Shown here in pieces: positions 56,901 to 64,000 of a DNA stretch of 64,000 nucleotides. Made by a program: the position numbers and the translations under genes. The stretch covers positions 10,292,001 to 10,356,000 of the forward strand of contig CM120642.1 in the NCBI GenBank assembly GCA_051362555.1. The letters are read 5' to 3'. Position 1 is the first letter of the stretch, and each line of letters begins with the position of its first letter. The stretch is from Lingula anatina. Its lineage: Eukaryota > Animalia > Brachiopoda. The notes beneath the pieces were generated by a model. That model was not told the origin of the DNA. It ran no database searches and saw only the letters and a program-made list of their open reading frames with translations.

Positions 56901-57279
56901 ACTCTGAGAAGACTAATTTTTCCATGAGGTAAGACACGCGCAAGTGTAATGATTTACGTCTGTCCCTTGGTTTCCGAGATGCTCTGTTCTGGTCCTACAC
57001 CTGTGAATGTCCATCATGATGTGATCAATGGTGTCCCCGAAATGTGCCCTTGGCTGGCTCTCATTTGACCCGAAAGTATTATCTGCGGCACAGTCTGCAT
57101 TTGGAAACATGTTAATAAGGCGTTCGGAGGGGGGGGGGGGGGGTAGGCCTACTTGTTGTTTAGCAGCCTAATATTAACGTTTCTGATCTGCGAGATCAAC
57201 AGGCTTGTAGATTTATATTTATTCAGAATTGTGGTTGATTGTAATTGTGGTTGATTGTAATTTTTACATCGTAATTTTT

Positions 57280-57562
57280 GCTATCTACCCGTAGACCTTT
57301 AGTAGTGGGACTTTGCAGTCCTTTGGGGGGGGGGTATATATTTTTTTATATCGTTGTTACTGGTATCCTCTATCCATTAAAGTGAAGAACATGAGACGTT
57401 GGGGATATTTAAACTTGCCATTAGGGATGTGCACGTGTCCTTCGGATTTTTGGTGACTTTGGTGACCTAGGGGTGGTTGATTATTATCTTTAAATTGTAT
57501 TTTCTGCTATATACCCATAGGTCTTTAGGTTGAGGAAACTAAAATGTCGGGGTGTGCATAGG

Positions 57563-57617
<55 letters not shown>

Positions 57618-58930
57618 TGTGACCTGGGGTGTGGCTGTCCCTGGGGATGGTACACATATATATATTACCGTAATTTATTTCATCTCCCCCTAGACCATTC
57701 GAATTAGGAACACGAGTCTTTGGTGCATGGGTGGGCTACATTAGTGTGACTTGGGGTGTGGCCGTCCCTAGGGGGTGTAGTGATTAGTGATTCCATAGAT
57801 TGCAATTAAGATTCCTTGCAGAGTTGGACCGACCCAGCTAGTACTACATCCTACCCTGTATGTGTGAATCTGGTGGCGGTCTTCGAGTTAGGAAGGAAGG
57901 GGAAATGTACAGAAAGCAGCAGACAGTACTAAATAACAGACCTTCAGTCGTATTCTTGAATATAGGTCAAGTTAATTAAAACCCATTCAAGACCCCATAC
58001 TCTCAGGAATCCCAGGGTCCAAGTCCCATTGTTCTTTAACATAAAACACACATGTTAATTACTGCTCTTGGGAAATAAACATTTTTGTTTTGTGTTAAGA
58101 CACAACAGCAGTTAAACGCTAGGATTCCTGATCGAGTGTGTGGGGCCTTGAATTAGTTTTTAATTGGATTCCCTGACCTATATTTATGCATATGGCTGGA
58201 AGTCCATTTAGTTCTGTATGTGCTTCTGCTGTTCTCTACATTTCTCAAGGACCCATGCACATTCATTAAAATGACAGGTTCATCAATCTCCGTTCCATGT
58301 TCCTTAAAATTTAAGGGTATAGATGGCAGAAATAAAGTTGTGAAAAATAGAATCAACCACCCCCCGGGATAGCCACGCCTGAAATATCATACTAACATTC
58401 CCGGAAACCTATGCATATCCTCAATGGTAAGCTTATCAGCCCGGAAGGTTTCATGTTCCCAACTGTAATGGCGTAAGGGTAGAAGTACGAATAACGATGT
58501 AAAATTTAAAATCAACCTCCCCAGGGACGGCCACACCCAATGTCACAAAAACCCAGAAGGACCCATGCACATCCCCAAAGACAGATTTTTCAATCCCCAT
58601 AGCCTTACGTTCCCAGCTTTATTGGTCTCAGGATAGATATAGCAGGAATAACAATGTCAATTAATTAGACTCAACCGCCCCGAGGACCCCACCCCCCCCT
58701 CAAAAAAAAAAAAAAAAAAAAAAAAGCCGAAGTGCCCTTCCACATTCAAAATAGTATGTAGCCACGTTTCATGCTCCTAGCATAAAATACGATATAAAAA
58801 TTAGAATAGACCACCCCCAGGGTCGACCACACCCCAAGTCACAATTGAATTCCGAAGAGCCTTTGCAAATCCCTATAATGATATGTTTATTAATCCCCGA
58901 CGTATCAAGTTCCTAACTATGATGGTTTAG
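57280..58930. repeat. Inverted arrays of a diverged ~150-160-bp satellite-like unit (foldback arrangement)
   Basis: Left arm gtgac(c/t)tggggtgtggc(c/t)gtccc units; right arm gggacggccacaccc...gtcaca units starting near 58351, 58510, 58670 and 58806. Confidence 0.7.
57985..58153. mobile_element. Palindromic MITE, about 170 bp
   Basis: attcaagaccccatactctcaggaatccc ... ggattcctgatcgagtgtgtggggccttgaat imperfect TIRs, plus an inner ttaacataaaaca/tgttttgtgttaa stem. Confidence 0.65.
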
Positions 58931-60270
58931 GAAGTAACAATGTGAAATAGATTATGCATGTATATAATAAATTGTCCACCACAGGGAAAGCTTGACCAAT
59001 GTAAGCGTACCTAGCCGAGACAACCCCGTCCCCATTCCAATTCTACCTCTATAGAACATCTCACTAGCTATTTATTGACTAAGAAAAAATTCTGGTTGCA
59101 AAATGCGTTCCGGTTGAAAATTTCGTTTTCACGATTTTCTTTGGTTGCAAAATGCGTTGCAGTTGCAAAATGCGGCTCTACACCAGTTTTATGAATCCCC
59201 AGCATTTCATTCTCCCCAACATCTATCTGGACAGTTGACCGTTTCAAATCATTCAGATTTCAGACTTTCCGACCTAAGCGTTTTCATTAAGTATATAGGC
59301 CAGGAGGTCAATCTTTTTAAACGACCGAGATATTTTCGAAACATATTTGTTGCATATCAATAGAAAAGCCTATTTTTACAGCTTGTTATTGCAAGTCATA
59401 ACATTTATGTCATAGTTACAAAAGAGATACTTCTATAACACGAATAATGGAATAGACGGTTTGTTAAAGATATTAATGTACACCTAGTGTGGAGCAAAAT
59501 TAAAACCTCTCTGCCTAGTAGAGTTCTCTACCTACAGTGGAAAGACATACGTACATTCTTGCTACTGTGTACTAGCCACATCTATAAACCTGCGCCGTCA
59601 ATCAAACCACACATGGTCAGTTTTATGCCCTAGTTTAAAGGCAGACAATGTGTTTATTTATACACTTCGTTTGTCTTATACATCTAGTGCCTTAGACCCG
59701 CCATGATTCAACGTCCAAATATTGTCAGTTTTTAAACGTCCTGAAATCTGAAAAATTTCAAAACTAAATGGGTATAAAAAAAACTAGCTTTATGCTTTCC
59801 GCCACTGGACCGGAGCTCTTGAAATAAAGTACATTATTTATAGAAGTTAATCTCACGGGTATCTACGAGAACATATGAAAATAACAGCTTCATTAAACTC
59901 CAACGAGATAAAATACGCACTATCATGTGAGTGAGTAATGTTACTCCCCCCCCCCCCACACACACACACACACACCATTTCGAATACACGCGTCACTCTG
60001 GAATTCAGGTCTAGAATGAAACATCATATCGACCTTTACGCCTAATTTCCACATCCAACCAGAACTGAAACATGTTTGGATACAATGTACCATGAAGTGG
60101 TAATATACTACGAAGTCTCCTAAGGGTCCTTATTTTTTAACCAATGAAGTCGCCTTCTATCATGAAGTAGTAATTCTTATCCTATGAAGTGGTAATATAC
60201 CATGAAGTATCTTAACATACGTCCTTTTCGATATGACACAAACATTAGTCATTTTTAATGAAGTAACAAA

Positions 60271-63200
60271 TTAGTACCCATTTTCATGGGGGTTTCTGAT
60301 CTCAGAAAGTTTAGGCGGTTTCAACAAGGGGCGAGAGGCATTACCGTGGGTAGGAAAAGAAAATACAAGAGGAGGAACAGGATTCCCGATCAAGGGTGGC
60401 AGTCTCTTCTGTGGGTTGTCACTCGTGGTGGTTTCAGTCTGCTCTATTTCGAGCAGCTCTACTGCTGAACCACCTATCTCACGTTTTGCTTGCACTGGTG
60501 AATACTCGTTGCTGCCGTCTGACCATGCCTCTGGGCCTCTGAACCGTTCCATGTCTAAATGGGAGCTATTGGCCCACCTTAAGTTTTCTTCGCTCGTCAT
60601 TGGAGTGACGCTTTGTCTGAAACAAGAAGGAAATATGCGATTTGGATATTTAGCAGCTTTGATGGTTTCTTTGACTTTGCATTTTCTGAACTTCAACGTA
60701 AAGCATTATATACGATAAGTTATTGGCAACGGAAAGCATCCTCTTTGTTGCATATTTTGAGCAAAAGCTTCAATGAAACGAATACGCGGTGCTCCGCTCT
60801 AAAATCTTAATTGTGTATTTATTGCATCTCCAATTCAACTGACAAAATAAATAACATCCGGCCGTCAAAATCACTAATTTAACCACAAAAATGCATTGAT
60901 CATTTCCACCCACATTACAAGCATTTTTTTTCACCATTGCAACAAGTAGGCCTACGTGTGCTGGTGACCAGTGGTGACTGTAAACTGTAAACTTTCAACT
61001 TTGCTCAGTAGTTTAAGTGAAAGACTTTTCTTATACTGATCATTAACGCCCGTCCTTACCTGGCAACGAGTTTCTTCTTCATTATTTTTAATCCAACAAA
61101 TAGTGCTACCAATATCACCGCTGTAAGAACAGTTGAAACGATAACAGGAATCATCCAGGTAAGTCTCTGAAAAAAGAAAAAAATTAAAACTGAATTAACT
61201 CCCAGATTTCATTTAGTAAAAGTCAGTTATTATTTATATGGTCAAAAAGCTATTCTGAGAAACGAATATGCAAAAACGAGTGAGATTCCCCGTAATCATC
61301 GTGTTAACCTTGTTTAAGAAAAAATATTTGAGCTAAATAGGTATCTATAAATACCAACTAAAACTTTTAAGTTTAAAAAATGCGTTTAATATATACATAT
61401 ATATTTATTTATCGCAAAACGACTCACACGTACTACACAACTGTAAATCGAGTAGGCCTTCTCTGTCAGTGTCAAAACCAACCAGACTAGCGCATAATAA
61501 GTCACTACCCTGAGTAATGCTATGGGACATACACGTCAAAATCGTGCCATCTATACATGAATATCCAATATTTGATTAAATTTTCATTTCTTTTTTTTTT
61601 TTTAATTTTGAGGCACGGCTTAGCTTACAGGTTACGGTTTTATACCCGCACCGTGGCGTAGCCGTCTCACTGTTGCTTGCTCAATGTCACACTAACTTAC
61701 GATACAATTTTCAATTTTAAAAGGGACGAACTGCCAGACACACATTCGGCGTTCCCTTTCATCTGTTAGTGAATCTAACGGCCAAAGTGACAGCCCAACG
61801 TGGACACAACTACTGCAACAAATGGTGCAACGCCTTAACCAAAATTAAGATCTTCGCCTTTCTGAGGCGTCACGATTCAAATTGCCAAAATACGGATTAA
61901 AAAGTGTGTCACAAACTTATATCTAATTGCGAAATGCATTACAATACATCTATGACGAAAATTTTGTGTTCCTACCTGAGGTTCATCAATTTCTATCGTG
62001 CCTAGAAAAACAATAAGAGCTTTGGAATGACATTTATAAAGAGATGACTCTAATCAGCCTGATTACTGATAGATAAAAAATACGAAGAGCTCTAATTTGA
62101 AAAAAAAGTTTAGGTCTAAGAAAGATAATATTCTAAAACTTAAAATCTACCGTGCACGCCAGGCATATAAAGATATTATGATAGACATACTATACACCCA
62201 TTTCGTTCAATAAATTAATACATGGTGAAGAAAACGGAGTTTTAAATTTCGCTACCTGTGCAGCGGACTGCTCCCATACTCTTGTCATCAAATGCGGACT
62301 GACAAGGTTTGCAGGTGCGAGACGTCTCATCAGAATATGTCCCCGGCATGCAAGCGGCTGAAATCATAAATGAACACATTTATGAGAGTTGACTTTTATG
62401 ACGTAACAGTTACAAGGTCAAATTCAAACTACATGCAAATGAGTTAGAGATATATACTAGGAAGTCTTAGTTGGCGGCACAAGGAAAGGTAACATCTTCC
62501 ATTTTTAAATAATTTTTTTAATTAATTCAGTTTTGAATGGAATTAGATAAAACTTTTTTTCTGTAATTGATTATCGTATTGATGACAGGTCATTTATCAC
62601 AATCAGATAGCGCCTGTGTGCGCTTATTTCACCTTTTATATAGTGTTTCAGTAAAGTACCACATTTCAACGAGCAAAGGGACATGGGCTTTTATGATTTT
62701 GCTCCTTGCACCAGGCATACTTACCACACAAATATTCAAACTCCATGCTGTGTTCATAACCGGGCGGGCAAAGTGGGGAATCAAAGGACGCTCGCAGTTG
62801 GTTGTGGTCAATACTAACATGCTGGGCACCATGGGTGAAGATATAAGTTCCCTGGTACCCGTAATTATAAAGCACACGAACACTTCTCATGACTGACTGC
62901 CGCAGCCCACGATACAGTTGGTTCAATTGTTCGTACGAGTTGTTGTGATCTGTGGAATTGGCGATTTCATTTGCCAAAATGGTGAATTGGGTTCCATCAT
63001 TTTCAAGATGTGTTATGTTCGAAATGGTGACGTTGCCATTAAGTAAATGCATCACCGTCATTTCTATGGTTTCCTTGAAGTCTAGTCCATCTAATGACAT
63101 GTTCTGCAATAGGGTGGCAGGAGTCTCCGTATCCGCTGCTGCTATTCGTCTCACAGCCATGGTTATTTGTGCCCTTGGCAACGCCACTCGCACAGGCCTA

Positions 63201-63916
63201 ACTATCATTTGGGTGTGGTTCATCTTATATAAACCATGTTTGTTTTCTGCACTGCATTGGTAAAAACCAGCGTCAGCAAGCCTGGGTTTTGGGATTTTCA
63301 GAATAGGGTCACTGCTGTTAAGAGAGACGGGAACTGTGGTATTATTTGTGCTGCTCAAATTGGTCTCAAACGTCCACGTGATAGTTGGAAATGGATCTCC
63401 AGTCACGTTGCACGTGATGTTGGCTGATGGTTCGTACCCCTCAAGTACAACCAGATCATTAAGGGGAGGCATCACCTCGCTCGGCGGTTCTTCAACTTTG
63501 AGAACACCCCTCGAAGCAACGCTAACTACGTGATTCACTGCAACGCATGCGTAATAGCCATCATGCATTTGTTCCGCAACTGGGATTTCTAAAACATTTC
63601 CGTCAATGTTTACGTTTAAGCTGCTGTTTCCGTAAATCGGTTCTCCGTCTTTCTGCCATTCGAAGTAAGGTTCAGGTTCGCCTGTTGCGTTACAGGTCAA
63701 GGTCACATTCTGACCTACCAGAACGGCGATGTCGTGGACCTCGACAGTAATATTGGGTGCTGTGGCACAGAAAACTTTGGTTTCTCTACTCTGAAGCAGT
63801 ACAGACAACAGCTCACCACTCAGAGCAACGGCATCCTCTGTTGTCAGCGTATCGTTTCTGACAATTCCAAGAAAACTGTCTTCAATTTGCGGTATCAGCT
63901 GCCGCATGGTGTCTGC
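60271..63916 (-). CDS. Type I membrane protein (3' part): two I-set Ig domains, spacer, Cys-rich repeat, TM helix, cytoplasmic tail; exons ~63916-62725, 62357-62257, 62001-61976, 61166-61060, 60617-60271
   Basis: LTCNATGEPEP..W.KDG...DGYYACVA and ITCNVTGDPFP..W...DAGFYQCSA; CPPGY...C/ACMPGTYS...CKPC repeat; TM WMIPVIVSTVLTAVILVALFVGL followed by KIMKKK; phases consistent; gene probably continues beyond the window. Confidence 0.85.
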
Positions 63917-64000
63917 CTGGGCAATGGAGACGTTTAAGTAAAGACGGTAGAAATCATAGAAATACATAAGTAAGCAATCTTCAAAACTGGAACACTTGTT

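Larger units (their letters stand above)
56283..60222. mobile_element. TIR-bounded non-coding composite DNA element, about 3.94 kb
   Basis: 46-bp inverted terminal repeats (acgtatgttaagatacttcatggtatattaccacttcatRggataa, one mismatch) plus repeated subterminal ACTTCATR motifs at both ends. Confidence 0.7.

Overview
AT-rich, intron-rich eukaryotic DNA from an invertebrate animal (lophotrochozoan-like; species not determinable here). Spliced genes were reconstructed by hand from GT/GC-AG boundaries and reading-frame phase. In order: the last exon of a Tyr-motif-rich receptor tail (+); CCDC18 (-, about 28 coding exons) head-to-head with RPL5 (+), whose last intron holds a box C/D snoRNA resembling SNORD60; two divergently transcribed, atypical Na+/K+-ATPase beta-like paralogs; histidyl-tRNA synthetase (-); a CTHRC1-like gene (-); a 3.9-kb TIR-bounded non-coding element with nested inverted satellite arms and a MITE; and the 3' part of a type I membrane Ig-domain gene (-). 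The second beta-like gene carries a very recent, antisense, non-autonomous Gmr1-like Gypsy LTR element (403-bp LTRs, ATCCT target-site duplication, tRNA-Pro primer site) whose only ORF is Gag fused in frame to the last residues of RNase H. The HisRS gene has a U12-type intron, a GC-AG intron and candidate alternative first exons, one encoding a mitochondrial-like presequence. All homology calls are from recalled motifs, not database searches.
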